Source: Macrostomum lignano (Eukaryota). Taken from it: a DNA stretch of 64,000 bases. Of the stretch, positions 1 to 14,253 are shown piece after piece. The position numbers were made by a program, and so were the translations under genes. Under the pieces are notes generated by a model. That model ran no database searches, was not told the origin of the DNA, and worked only from the letters and a program-made list of their open reading frames with translations. Numbering within the stretch: the first letter of the stretch is position 1; each line of letters opens with the position of its first letter. The stretch spans positions 131,422 through 195,421 of the forward strand of contig NIVC01002178.1 in NCBI GenBank assembly GCA_002269645.1. Reading direction: 5' to 3'.

Positions 1-1477
1 GAGCTCTGAGTCGCAGAAATTTGAGTGCAGTCAAGCAGAAACAAATCAGAAACTAATTTGCTATCCCGCAGAAACAGTAGACATTTTCTCCTGCAGTTCC
101 CGGAAACTGAGAATCTTCATCAAATCCAGTCAGTATTCCCAGGTGAATCGCCGTGCCAGCCCGCTAACCGGCTGTCCTCTTCATCATCATCAGTCGCAGG
201 ATTCCCCGTTTCTGAGCCAAGATTGCAGTTGCACGCCACGCAGCTCGGGGGATTAAAAGACTCGCCGCAGATTAAAGATGGGAGAAAAGCGCTCATCGCA
301 CCCCCTCCTTCGCCTGCCAGCCACCTTGGGGAAGATTTCTAATCGGGAAGACGCTGCGTTTCAAGCGAAACCTGCCCTCCACCGGCCATCTGGCATCTCT
401 GTAAGCCTCGCCTTACTAAGAAGCTGACAAGGAAGCCACTTAACCGATTTAAACCGCAAAGCAGTTGAGTATTTTTATTAAAAAGTAAACTGGGTTTTCA
501 CAACCGGTTTAGAGATGCGAAAGAGCGAGCGATGTCTGCCAACCCAGGCCATCTCGATCTCTTCTATGCTCAAAGCAAACAGTGCGCTAAAAACCTCCAA
601 CCCGCCCAGTGATTTTCACCTCTCCCTGACCAAGCAAATATGGCCCGGGCATGCAGGCTTCATCACAGGATCCGTGAGCTCTGGTGTTAGCATGGTGGCC
701 GTATGGTGATATTATTATTTTTTCCTTAGTCAAATATGGCTCTGTGAACGCGTGCCCAACCCGCGCGGGGGCACCTTCAGTCATTGATCAAATATTGATG
801 CCTATCTGGGCTCCTGTTACAGTGAAACATTTGGGTCTGGGGGGCCCAGCAGAATGCAGTACCCGTATATGGAATCGCTCCCTCACTCTCGCTCTCATCG
901 CGGGTCAGGTTGTTGGCCTAAATTTTCAATAGAGGAACACGGGCACTTGCTGCTTCTACTGCCCCTGCTGCCCCTGCTCTCACTTTCATCTCTGCTTCTA
1001 TTCTAGTGCTTTGGAGTTAAATTGAAGCTGTTGCATGTGTCAAGAGGAAGTCTATAGCTAGGCGGGTTTTTCTACACCCCAAATATCCCCTTACTCTCAG
1101 ATCCCCTGAGTCAGCTGAAGACTCTGGGGGGGGTTTGCTTTTAACTGTTGCAACTTTTTATGAGTTTTCCAGCGCTTTGCTAGATGGAGATCAGCTGCAG
1201 GGACCCTCCCGGCACTTAATGGAGCTGCTTGACAGAATCACTTAAGCTGCTGGTCACGCGCCCACAAATTTAAAGCAATATATATTTTTTTCCAAAGCCG
1301 AGAGATAATCTCGCGAACGAAAAGTTTTAATTAGTGCAGATGCGGGGGGATTTAGTCACAGCTAAACTGTGACGGATAATATTCAGAATATTTATAGCAC
1401 ACTGATATGGGAATAAAATACACTGTTGATTGATGATTGCAATGCATTTCCTAGCATATCTTCAGATCCCTTACCCA

Positions 1478-2345
1478 TGTGTGATCCCTATCTACCTGTG
1501 TGATCCCTCTATACTTGTGTGATCCCTATCTACCTGTGTGATCCCTCTTTATACCTGTGTGATTCCTCTCTATACCTGTGTGATCCCTATCTACCTGTGT
1601 GATCCCTCTATACCTGTGTGATCCCTATCTACCTGTGTGATCCCTCTATACCTGTGTGATCCCTCTCTACCTGTGTGATCCCTCTATACCTGTGTGATTC
1701 CTATCTACCTGTGTGATCCCTCTATACCTGTGTGATCCCTATCTACCTGTGTGATCCCTCTATACCTGTGTGATCCCTCTCTACCTGTGTGATCCCTCTA
1801 TACCTGTGTGATCCCTATCTACCTGTGTGATCCCTCTATACCTGTGTGATCCCTCTCTACCTGTGTGATCCCTCTATACCTGTGTGATCCCTATCTACCT
1901 GTGTGATCCCTCTATACTTGTGTGATCCCTCTATACCTGTGTGATCCCTATTTACCTGTGTGATCCCTCTATACTTGTGTGATCCCTATTTACCTGTGTG
2001 ATCCCTCTATATTTGTGTGATCCCTATTTACCTGTGTGATCCCTCTCTATACCTGTGTGATCCCTCTCTATACCTGTGTGATCCCTCTCTATACCTGTGT
2101 GATCCCCCTCTATACCTGTGTGATCCCTCTCTATACCTGTGTGATCCCTCTCTATACCTGTGTGATTCCTAACTACCTGTGTGATCCCTCTCTATACCTG
2201 TGTGATCCCTCTCTATACCTGTGTGATCCCTCTTTATACCTGTGTGATCCCTCTCTATACCTGTGTGATCCCTCTCTATACCTGTGTGATTCCTATCTAC
2301 CTGTGTGATCCCTCTATACCTGTGTGATCCCTCTCTATACCTGTG
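1478..2345. repeat. Minisatellite, 19-21 bp unit (ACCTGTGTGATCCCTCTAT)n
   Basis: Direct tandem repeat with variable CT length; source of ORFs 2036..2308 and 2169..2375. Confidence 0.95.
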
Positions 2346-2435
2346 TGGTCCTTCTGTACCCGTGTGATCGCTCAATCCTGTGTGACCCCCCTAATCTCTT
2401 TCTGTGCTATCCCCCAGCACGCATAATCCTCTCAC

Positions 2436-2532
2436 CTTCAGTGATCCTGGCCAGCGGGCCACCCCTGGAGGCAGTCGACCCGGTGGCTTCCAGCTGCTGC
2501 AGCTGCGGCTCCACCGGACTCGGTTCGCTCAT
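2436..2532 (-). CDS. Candidate first coding exon of a gene running off the left edge (MSEPSPVEPQLQQLEATGSTASRGGPLARITE)
   Basis: Minus-strand ATG at 2532-2530, GC3-rich codons, and a GAAG|GTGAGA donor at 2436/2435. CCAAT boxes lie upstream at about 2715 and 2747. No downstream exon or homology was recognised. Confidence 0.3.
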
Positions 2533-2991
2533 GCTGAAGTCCTCCGCGCTGCAGATGTCTGCCTGCTCAAAGTCTGACAATCGCTGCTCTAGCTCGATCG
2601 GGAAAATGATCCCCACTCAGATTTTAACGGCCCAGCTCTGGCGGGAGACGCGGGAAAAAAATTGGGAGGGGAGGCAGGCAGGATTGAGACCGGGGATCTG
2701 GTGAGGGAGCTGGGATTGGCTCCGCGCCTCCTTGCTGCCAGGCTGGCCAATCAGTGCGAAAAATCTCCTAGCCAGCTGCTGAAATCAGTCACTTCTGAAA
2801 CAGGGAAATTTTTCAATTTGCAAAATGGGATGAAATCCTCAGAAGCAACCCGAGGCAAAAGGCATTGAGGAGAGTTGGAAAACAGAGCCGGAGCGAAATG
2901 GGAGCGACAGGAGGGGGGAAAGTGCGTTCAGAAGACGTAGAAAAGGCAGAGGAGAGGAACGAGGGTATATAAGAGAAAGATTAAAGATCCA

Positions 2992-3200
2992 ATATTAGAG
3001 GAGATGAGAGAAGACAGAAGAGAGAAGAGAGAAGAGAGATAATAGAAGAGAGAAGAGAGAAGAGAGAAGAGAGAAGAGAGAAGAGAGAAAATAGAAGAGA
3101 GAAGAGAGAAGAGAGAAGAAAGGAGAGAGGAGAGAGTAGAGAGGAGAGAGAAGAGAGAAGAGAGGAGAGAGAAGAGAGAAAATAGAATAGAGAGGAGAGA

Positions 3201-3231
<31 letters not shown>

Positions 3232-3652
3232 GAGTAGAGAAGAGAAAAGAGAGAAGAGAGAAGAGAGATGAGAGAAGAGAGATGAGAGAAGAGAGAAGAG
3301 AGAAGATGGAAGAGAGAAGAGAGAAGAGAGAAGAGAGGAGAGAGGCGAGAGAAGAGAGAAGAGAGGCGAGAGAAGAGAGAAGAGAGGAGAGAGGCGAGAG
3401 AAGAGAGAAGAGAGGCGAGAGAAGAGAGAAGAGAGGAGAGAGAAGATAGAAGAGAGGAGAGAGAGGAGAGAAGAGAGAAGAGAGAAGAGAGAAGAGAGGA
3501 GAGAGAAGATAGAAGAGAGGAGAGAGAGGAGAGAAGAGAGAAGAGAGAAGAGAGAAGAGAGAAGAGAGAAGAGAGGAGAGAGAAGAGAGAAGAGAGGAGA
3601 GAGGAGAGAGTAGAGAGAAGAGAGAAAAGAGAAGAGAAGAGAGATAAGAGAA
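2992..3652. repeat. Polypurine (AGAGAAG)n-type microsatellite
   Basis: Almost purely A/G on the + strand; source of the L/S-rich minus ORFs. Confidence 0.95.
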
Positions 3653-4130
3653 TGCAAGAACGGCAGTCACAGTTTCATGATACAAAACATTATCAAATTA
3701 CGCTCGCATCAGCAGACCCGAGCAAAAGTCGGGGAAAAACAGGCGGGGCAAGTCAAGTGGGACCCCATGAGCAAATTATTCGGGCAGTTGGTGCAACATG
3801 AGCCCTCAGCCAGGGCTGGTAATGTTTGCAGAAAAGATGTACATAGCTATAGGTTATTGGGTGCTTGTTAACAGTTCGGCTGTCTGAGTGGCTCCTATGT
3901 TTACATTGTCCGGAATCTGTCCATCACTCCCTGCCCTTTGCTTGTCGTTTCTTTCAGCCAATTTTAATTAAATTAAATTTTTTATTCGGCAAATTTCAAT
4001 AACATGCTGGACTCAGTGCATGAGTCTGTCTTGAATGCACTGCTAAGATTGACTTTCTAGAATTTTTTGTTGATACCTGGCAGTCTTCTACCAGGAGCAA
4101 TCAAAATATATTGATGTCCTAATCGGCAGA

Positions 4131-4645
4131 TACGGACAGTGAGATAGACAGACAGACAGTGAGATAGACAGACAGTGAGATAGGCAGACAGTGAGATAGA
4201 CAGACAGTGAGATAGACAGACAGTGAGATAGACAGACAGTGAGATAGACAGACAGACAGTGAGATAGACAGACAGTGAGATAGACAGACAGTGGGACAGA
4301 CAGTGAGATAGACAGACAGTGGGACAGACAGTGAGATAGACAGACAGTGAGATAGACAGACAGTGGGACAGACAGTGAGATAGACAGACAGTGGGACAGA
4401 CAGTGAGATAGACAGACAGTGAGATAGGCAGACAGTGAGATAGACAGACAGTGAGATAGACAGACAGTGAGATAGACAGACAGTGAGACAGACAGTGAGA
4501 TAGACAGACAGTGAGATAGACAGACAGTGAGATAGACAGACAGTGAGATAGACAGACAGTGAGACAGACAGTGAGATAGACAGACAGTGAGATAGACAGA
4601 CAGTGAGACAGACAGTGAGATAGACAGACAGTGAGATAGACAGAT
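4131..4645. repeat. Minisatellite, 16-bp unit (CAGTGAGATAGACAGA)n
   Basis: Direct tandem repeat. Confidence 0.95.
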
Positions 4646-5026
4646 ATTAACATAATTCCACCGGCAAGATGCAGTCGCGACAGACAGGCAGCTCAAGATC
4701 ACTAAAAAGATATTAGTAATAGCAAATGATGCGGCCGGCTCAGTGACTGAAGCCTTGCGACCCAATCTCCGCTTAATTAACACGTATATCTCTCGCTCTC
4801 ATCTCCGCGTATCCAAGGCCGGCCTCGGGGATTTTTATCAGGCAAGGGAGTTTTTTATCCGCATTTTAACTTTTAACTTATCCCATGCGTGCAATAAAAC
4901 ACGCCTTCACCGCCTCCCCCCTCCCAGCCGCAGAAATGAAGACCCACTCGGCTCTTTACATGGCGGTCGCAAGCCAAAGATCTGGGCATGGGAAACGGAG
5001 CTCCGGCTAATAGGCATCCAGAGCGG

Positions 5027-5182
5027 GGGTCCAAGGGGTCAAAGGGGGTCAAGGGTTGTCAAGGAAGGGGTCCAGGGGGACAAGGGGGTCAAGGGTGGCA
5101 AGGGTGGTAAAGGGGGGTCAAGTAAGGGGTCGATGGAGCGGTTAAGAGGGGTCAAGGGGGTCAAGGGGGTCAAGGGGGTCAG
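5027..5182. repeat. Degenerate 9-bp G-rich repeat (AAGGGGGTC)n
   Basis: Direct tandem repeat. Confidence 0.8.
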
Positions 5183-5700
5183 GTGACTCCCCTGAAAGGG
5201 AATAGTGTTAGATCAACTCTCTTCAACCTTGCAACCATTGTACATAGCAGTGCGGAAATATGAATAGGTGAAATGTTTTGATGCAAAAAGACGCGAAAAT
5301 AAAAGAGTCGAACCTGCCGCTCCAGACTCTCTGTTCGTCTGGGACTCTCTGGCACAAAAAAGCAAAAAAGCCGCAAAAAAGCAGAAGAGGAAGCCTGGAG
5401 GAGCAGCAGCTTAGTGAGGAGCACCTGTAATTATCTCCCGTTCTGAAAGATAAATAGAGCAGAATTGGCCTGCCGGCAGCTTCCCCGCCTCATGGCAACC
5501 AGGTTGAAGGTAATGGGGGCCGCGGCCCGGACTCAAATTATCCCGGGGGTTGCAGATGTGGGATAAACTGAGACTATCGAACGGGAGCGGATCAAGCCAG
5601 CAGCAACCAACAAGAAGCTGATGTTTCTTTTTGTTCATTTTTCGGTTCCTAACAGCAGCCTTTGGTGCTTTCTAGACTTGGATAGCCATTGATAGATGAG

Positions 5701-6413
5701 CTCTCTCCATCTCCCCTCAGTGTCTGTTCACTCTCCCGCTCTCTCCTCTCAGTGTCTGTTCACTCTCCCACTCTCTCCCCTCAGTGTCTGTTCACTCTCC
5801 CGCTCTCTCCATCTCCCCTCAGTGTCTGTTCACTCTCCCGCTCTCTTCCCTCAGTGTCTGTTCACTCTCCCGCTCTCTTCTCTCAGTGTCTGTTCACTCT
5901 CCCACTCTCTTCCCTCAGTGTCTGTTCACTCCCCCGCTCTCTCCTCTCAGTGTCTGTTCACTCTCCCGCTCTCTTCCCTCAGTGTCTGTTCACTCTCCCG
6001 CTCTCTCCTCTCAGTGTCTGTTCACTCTCCCACTCTCTCCGTTCAGTGTCTGTTCACTCTCCCGCTCTCTTCTCTCAGTGTCTGTTCACTCTCCCGCTCT
6101 CTCCTCTCAGTGTCTGTTCACTCTCCCGCTCTCTTCTCTCAGTGTCTGTTCACTCTCCCGCTCTCTCCTCTCAGTGTCTGTTCACTCTCCCGCTCTCTTC
6201 TCTCAGTGTCTGTTCACTCTCCCACTCTCTTCCCTCAGTGTCTGTTCACTCTCCCGCTCTCTTCTCTCAGTGTCTGTTCACTCTCCCGCTCTCTTCTCTC
6301 AGTGTCTGTTCACTCTCCCACTCTCTTCCCTCAGTGTCTGTTCACTCTCCCGCTCTCTTCCCTCAGTGTCTGTTCACTCTCCCGCTCTCTCCACTCAGTG
6401 TCTGTTCACTCTC
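5701..6413. repeat. Minisatellite, 32-bp unit (CTCTCAGTGTCTGTTCACTCTCCCGCTCTCTT)n
   Basis: Period 32 measured between copies at 6061 and 6093. Confidence 0.95.
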
Positions 6414-7149
6414 TGTACTTTTTCAGGTCTTACCTGTACCTGCCTAATTTTGAGGTTCCCAGTTAAGTTATCTACTAAACATATCGGGAGGCAGTAGGCA
6501 GCAATAAAATTTAAATTGGCAGCTCTCCAACGCCAAGCTGAATTGGCTGCCGTGAGCTCTCAGCGAGTAGGCGCCACTCCGCTATCATTTCAAATTTCTA
6601 TTTATTCAATTCTCCAGAGGGACACGGGGGGGTTGGGTGGATGGGGGCCGCAGCAGCGGCGGCGGCGCTCTCAGACCGGCAGGTTTTGAATTAATAAAAC
6701 TCACGCGTGCAGGAGGAGCCGGCCTTGAGGAAAGCACCTCCGATCCGGCGCCCAACCCCACAACCCCGATGAACCCCCCCCCCCCCCAGCAGCCGTTCTA
6801 CTGATTTCCCAAAGGGCCACTTTTTAAGCATATGGCAGCCCGGCAATCGGTGAGTGTGAGCACTGCTCAAAACTGGGGATTTTAGATGTGTGTGTGGGGG
6901 GGAAGCTGGGGACCGTACTGGCTTCATCAAGCCGGGGATTTGACAGCTCTTTGAGTGACCGATTGGCGGGCGGGTTGGGATGCTGGCTGACGTTGCGCCT
7001 CATCATTTGAACTCTGCAGGCTGATAAAACAAACATACTTTAAAACTGCCTTAATGTTTATACTGTGCAAATTGTTTTAAATCTTTGAGTTTAGTTTATA
7101 GCCATTCACAGTTCACTGTCGCTCACAACATTCTTAGTCATTCACAGTC

Positions 7150-8178
7150 ATCCACAGTTCACATTCATTCTGAGATCACAGCCATTCACAACTCACAATC
7201 ATCCAAAGACCACAGTCATCCACAGCTCACAGTCATTCACAGATCACAGTCATTCACAGATCACAGTCATTCACAGGTCACAGTCATTAACAGATCACAG
7301 TCATTCACAGACCACAGTCATTCACAGATCACAGCCATTCACAGATCACAGTCATTCACAGGTCACAGTCATTAACAGATCACAGTCATTCACAGACCAC
7401 AGTCATTCACAGATCACAGCCATTCACAGATCACAGTCATTCACAGGTCACAGTCATTAACAGATCACAGTCATTCACAGACCACAGTCATTCACAGATC
7501 ACAGCCATTCACAGATCACAGTCATTCACAGGTCACTGTCATTCACAGATCACAGTCATTCACAGATCACTGTCATTCACAGACCACAGTCATTCACAGA
7601 CCACAGTCATTCACAGACCACAGTCATTCACAGAACACAATCATTCACAGATCATAGTAATTCACATACCACAATCATTAACAGATCACAATAATTAACA
7701 GATCACAGTCATTCACAGATCACAGTCATTCACAGATCACTGTCATTCACAGATCACTGTCATTCACAGATCACAGTCATTCACAGATCACAGTCATTCA
7801 CATATCACTGTCATTCACAGATCACAGTCATTAACAGATCACAGTCATTCACAGATCACAGTCATTAACAGATCACAGTCATTCACAGATCACAGTCATT
7901 CACAGATCACAGTCATTCACAGATCACTGTCATTCACAGATCACAGTCATTAACAGATCACAGTCATTCACAGATCACAGTCATTAACAGATCACAGTCA
8001 TTCACAGATCACAGTCATTCACAGATCACAGTCATTCACAGATCACTGTCATTCACAGATCACTGTCATTCACAGATCACAGTCATTCACAGATCACAGT
8101 CATTCACAGATCACAGTCATTCACAGATCACAGTCATTAACAGATCACAGTCATTCACAGATCACAGTCATTCACAGT
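7150..8178. repeat. Minisatellite, 17-bp unit (CACAGTCATTCACAGAT)n
   Basis: Direct tandem repeat, about 60 copies. Confidence 0.95.
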
Positions 8179-8921
8179 CAATATCCTATTCATCCACTGC
8201 TCTCACAATTCTGTCACCTTTGTCTTTCACAAATACTGAAGTCTGTATAGAAATAACAGAAGCAGCAGAGAAGCGATGGCAGTTGCTTCAGCAGAGAGGC
8301 TGGGATATCCTGAAGTGGGCACTCCTGCTGGTGTTGAGATGAACCCGGTCCCACATTTCACTTGCCTGCTACTTTTTTGCAAAAAGGGATCTTTTTTTTT
8401 AAACCGTTAAAATCCATAGCTACGTCGTTGTGGGAGCGCGTCCGGCAGGCCTGTTGAAGAACACAGCAGCGGCGCGCGCATGCCCCCAGGGCCATTGTCG
8501 AAACGAATATATTGATAGAACAAAAAATTCTATAAATCTGTCTGAATTTTCATTTGAAATTGTTTGCCACTGACTGGCACATGCGGGCTGGCAGCCCTCC
8601 CATCTCTCTTCTCGTCTCTTATTCTCCCTACTTAAACAGAGAGATTTCTCACTTGATTTGAGCATGGGCGGGGTTGAATTGTTCGTCCCAGACTCGTCTG
8701 AGTGCTGATGAAGCTTCCTAGGCATTTTCCTCTGCAACAGACAGCAGGCAGTTCGGTGCTTTTGATTTAACTGCTGGTTCTAAATAAAGCCAAAAATTGA
8801 TTAACTTAATTGTTGGGTATCCATTTGATTCCTCTGTCTGTCTGGCTAGATGGGATTTTTAATCAGGTTAGTGGCTACCTGTGAATGACGACAACAAAAT
8901 TTGTGAATGACGATTGTGTGA

Positions 8922-9853
8922 ATCACGAGAATCCAAATGAGAAACGTGAGAATCTCAATGAGAGTCGTGAGAATCTCAATGAGAATAATCTTGAGGATCT
9001 CAATGAGAATCGTGAGAATCTCAATGAGAATCGTGAGAATCTCAATGAGAATCGTGACAATCTCAATGAGAATCGTGAGAATTTCAATGAGAATCGTGAG
9101 AATCTCAATGAGAATCGTGAGAATCTCAATGAGAATCGTGAGAATCTCAATGAGAATCGTGAGAATCTCAATGAGAATCGTGAGAATCTCAATGAGAATC
9201 GTGAGAATCTCAATGAGAATCGTGAGAATCTCAATGAGAATCGTGAGAATCTCAATGAGAGTCGTGAGAATCTCAATGAGAATCGTGAGAATCTCAATGA
9301 GAATCGTGAGAATCTCAATGAGAATCGTGAGAATCTCAATGAGAGTCGTGAGAATCTCAATGAGAATCGTGAGAATCTCAATGAGAGTCGTGAGAATCTC
9401 AATGAGAGTCGTGAGAATCTCAATGAGAATCGTGAGAATTTCAACGAGAATCGTGACAATCTCAATGAGAATCGTGAGAATTTCAACGAGAATCGTGACA
9501 ATCTCAATGAGAATCGTGAGAATCTCAATGAGAATCGTGAGAATCTCAATGAGAATCGTGACAATCTCAATGAGAATCGTGAGAATTTCAACGAGAATCG
9601 TGAGAATCTCAATGAGAATCGTGAGAATCTCAATGAGAATCGTGAGAATCTCAATGAGAGTCGTGAGAATCTCAATGAGAATCGTGAGAATTTCAACGAG
9701 AATCGTGAGAATCTCAATGAGAATCGTGAGAATCTCAATGAGAATCGTGAGAATCTCAATGAGAATCGTGAGAATCTCAATGAGAGTCGTGAGAATCTCA
9801 ATGAGAATCGTGAGAATTTCAACGAGAATCGTGACAATCTCAATGAGAATTGT
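8922..9853. repeat. Minisatellite, 21-bp unit (GAGAATCGTGAGAATCTCAAT)n
   Basis: Direct tandem repeat; opens four long ORFs on both strands. Confidence 0.95.
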
Positions 9854-10487
9854 GAGATTCTGCTTGCTGAGATCAAGTTTCGAGAATTTTCCGCTCATGC
9901 GCGGCCGCACTCTCGCTTGAGTTGTCGTAAAATTCAGCCAAATCACCGACTTAACCGGTGCCGCATCCGCCATCTACCCAGGCATCGCAGACAATAACGG
10001 ATCCCCCCACACACAGCTGCTCCAGCCGTCTCTTGCTTCATCTTTCTTCTTCTTGTGCTCACCCGCCGGTCTCATCTCTTTCAGCGCCACTGGCAGTGGA
10101 GCAGAAACCCAGCGGATTCCAGCGGAGGATTTGAGTTCCCCATTTCGCTGATGAAAGGGATGAGAAAGCTGAGAGAAAAGAGAGAGAGGGCAAGGCAGAG
10201 CGGGGGTCGTTTTGTAGATTAAAGTGTCAACAGTCTGTGTGGGTGGGCACTCAGCTTTGAGACTGTCTGCCACCTCCTCTCGCAGCTTTCTAATCGCATA
10301 ACGGCTCGGTGATTTCTGGGGAGCCGGCGGGGGGGGCAAGTTTGAGTTTGAGCTCAGGGATTGAATGGGATGAGGAAGGAAGGGCATTGTCAGGCCAGAT
10401 GTTCCTGAGCGAAGTGTCAAAATCCCTCAGACAGTGAAGCTCGGAATTTCCGCCTGAGCAGCCAGATTGCCGGAACAGAACTGCTGA

Positions 10488-11250
10488 GTCTGATTCTGAT
10501 TCTGATTCTGGTTCTGATTCTGGTTCTGATTCTGATTCTGGTTCTGATTCTGGTTCTGATTCTGGTTCTGATTCTGATTCTGATTCTGATTCTGGTTCTG
10601 ATTCTGGTTCTGATTCTGGTTCTGATTCTGGTTCTGATTCTGGTTCTTATTCTGATTCTGATTCTGATTCTGATTCTGGTTCTGATTCTGGTTCTGACTC
10701 TGGTTCTGATTCTGGTTCTGATTCTGGTTCTGATTCTGATTCTGATTCTGGTTCTGATTCTGGTTCTGATTCTGATTCTGGTTCTGATTCTGGTTCTGAT
10801 TCTGGTTCTGATTCTGGTTCTGATTCTGGTTCTGATTCTGGTTCTTATTCTGATTCTGATTCTGATTCTGATTCTGGTTCTGATTCTGGTTCTGACTCTG
10901 GTTCTGATTCTGGTTCTGATTCTGGTTCTGATTCTGATTCTGATTCTGGTTCTGATTCTGGTTCTGATTCTGGTTCTGATTCTGGTTCTTATTCTGATTC
11001 TGATTCTGATTCTGATTCTGGTTCTGATTCTGGTTCTGATTCTGGTTCTGATTCTGGTTCTTATTCTGATTCTGATTCTGATTCTGATTCTGATTCTGAT
11101 TCTGGTTCTGACTCTGGTTCTGATTCTGATTCTGGTTCTGATTCTGATTCTGATTCTGATTCTGATTCTGATTCTAGTTCTGATTCTGGTTCTGGTTCTG
11201 GTTCTGGTTCTGATTCTGGTTCTGATTCTGGTTCTGATTCTGGTTCTGAT
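10488..11250. repeat. Hexamer microsatellite (TCTGAT/TCTGGT)n
   Basis: Direct tandem repeat. Confidence 0.95.
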
Positions 11251-12011
11251 CCTTATCATTGCTCCATGAAAGCAGTGACCATTAGTGCCCTTACTGTACC
11301 GAGCCGGCCCCATCAAATTAGTCTGACAAAGAGCCTCAGGCTCCGAAACCCAATCAGTCAAAGTGCGTCACGCTTTCGCAGCTTTCATATTTCAATGCGT
11401 TTTTTGTATTGAAGAAAAATGGAAAAAAACTTTGCTAATTTTCTCATATTCAGCCTCCGGAGCTAAGAGACTCAGATGAGGCGGCTCAGAATCCACTCGC
11501 TCTCTCTATCTATCTAGGCTTGGGTAAGGGGAAGAAATCCCAGAGCAGATGAGTGGGCGAATCGCATAAATTAGCTCTCCAAACTTCCCACTTGCTCTCG
11601 TTTTTCTTCTTCTTCAAGCAGTCGACAGAGGCAGAAAAAGAACGAATTGAATTCTTCATCACTTGCTCAGGCGGCTTCTTAAGCCCGGGGTTGGCAAACA
11701 GCGTTCCCGACAGACATCGGGAGACAGGGGGGCGGACTGGGGTGGTTAGGGCGGCCCTCCACCCCCCCCCCAATCGCCTCAACTTTTTTGATAAATGAGT
11801 CCAGCCGCGAGCCCTGGCATTCATTGATTAAGGAATTCGGCGGCAGTGGGGTGGGCGGCTTGGGCTGCGAGGGCGCCACTGTTTGCGCTGCCGCTCTCCT
11901 GCCGCAGCCTAAATTGGTTAGGGACGGCACTGGGGCTGCTGGAGCCTTGTAGCCGGGATCTGCTAGTCCAGAAACCACTGCAGCACTGGTTGATCCGATC
12001 CTGTGAGTTTA

Positions 12012-12506
<495 letters not shown>

Positions 12507-13533
12507 TGCATGGCCACAAGTTACTCATGTGGAAGATTTCCAATTTGCTCTCAATCAGCCACTTCAGAGTGTCTGAGTGCTGCAGAAACACTTGTAACAA
12601 GTGGGCACCGGTTGACCCATCAAGGCTTGAGTTGTCATCTTGAGTTCAGGCTGACACGCCTGGCAGCGCTCACAACAGTCTCTTGACAGCACCGCAAGCT
12701 CTTCTTCCCTTTCTGAAGCCATGCATTAACCAGCGAAGGTCTCCCTCGCCTTTTTCATCCCTGTTTAGGAGGCGATTAAAAATTCTCGAACACGGGTTAG
12801 GGGAGGGCGGTGCGAACTCAATCCTGCAACACCTTGTCGATGTCGGATTGTCGCGCCGACCTCCGGCAGCTTAAGTCCCTTGCAAGGAGGATTAGGGAGG
12901 GCTCGCAGTCGCTGCTCCCCCTCGCGAATCTTCGAAGTGTGCAACAGGAAGCCGGACTTCAAAGCTCGAGCTTTCCTAGAATCGCCTTCGGTCAACCCCC
13001 CCCCCCGCAGAGAGACTAATCCGACAGGTCCCCTCTCCCAGACTCCCGCTGGTTGATGATGAGGCATTCAGAAGACTCGGCTGCTTACAAAGCCCCAGCG
13101 CGAGTTTTAACAGCCGTGCAGTTTCTTTGTGCGGCCGGGAGCCGGAAGCAACCCGCTCGATCCGATGATGAGAAGGTGGGGGGGGGCGCTTTTTGATGCA
13201 GCTTCTTGAGTTGGGCAACCGGGTTTGTTTTTGCGCGCAATTTCTATGCAACTCGATGGTGAGAGTTCTATGCTTCGAGTGTCGCATTTCAAACTCAAAA
13301 ACACAATTCGGAATTCGGACTCGTGTCAATCAGGAGGAAGGTGTCGGTTGTCGCATGGCCCAGGTTGCTTATCACTGCTTGAGCATGGCAATTGCTGAGA
13401 CGAACTGTGTGGGATTTGAGATTTGTGGGGGTGGAGGAACTGAGCGTGATTGAGTTTTACTGGCAGCTGGGAGCATGCAGGGTTCAGTCAGATTGACTGT
13501 GGAGAGATTGAGATACCCCAGCTACCATCGGGG

Positions 13534-14253
13534 GAGATTTCGTACCACAGGGAGAGATTTCACTACGAATGGGTGAGATTTAGCTAACACAAGGTGAGAT
13601 TTAACTACCACAGGGTGAGATTTAGCTACGTAAGGGTGAGATTTAGCTAACACAAGGTGAGATTTAACTACCACAGGGTGAGATTTAGCTACCACAAGGT
13701 GAGATTTAGCTACCACAAGGTGAGATTTAGCTACCACAAGGTGAGATTTAGCTACCACATAGTGAGATTTAGCTACCAAAAAGTGAGATTTAGCTACCAC
13801 AAGGTGAGATTTAGCTACCACAAGGTGAGATTTAGCTACCACAAGGTGAGATTTAGCTACCACAGGGTGAGATTTAGCTACCAAAAAGTGAGATTTAGCT
13901 ACCACAAGGTGAGATTTAGCTACCACAAGGTGAGATTTAGCTAACACAAGGTGAGATTTAGCTACCACAAGGTGAGATTTAGCTACCACAAGGTGATATT
14001 TAGCTACCACAAGGTGAGATTTAGCTACCACAAGGTGAGATTTAGCTACCACAGGGTGATATTTAGCTATGAAAGGGAGAAACCTAACTACTAAAGGGTG
14101 AGATTTAGATTTGAATGGATGAGTTTTCGATTTGAATGGGTGAGATTTAGATTTGAATGGGTGAGATTTAGATTTGAATGGGTGAGATTTAGATTTGAAT
14201 GGGTGAGATTTAGATTTGAATGGATGAGATTTAGATTTGAATGGGTGAGATTT
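13534..14253. repeat. Two adjacent 21-bp minisatellites: (GTGAGATTTAGCTACCACAAG)n, then (GTGAGATTTAGATTTGAATGG)n
   Basis: Both share the GTGAGATTTAG core; the unit switches near 14070-14100. Confidence 0.93.
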
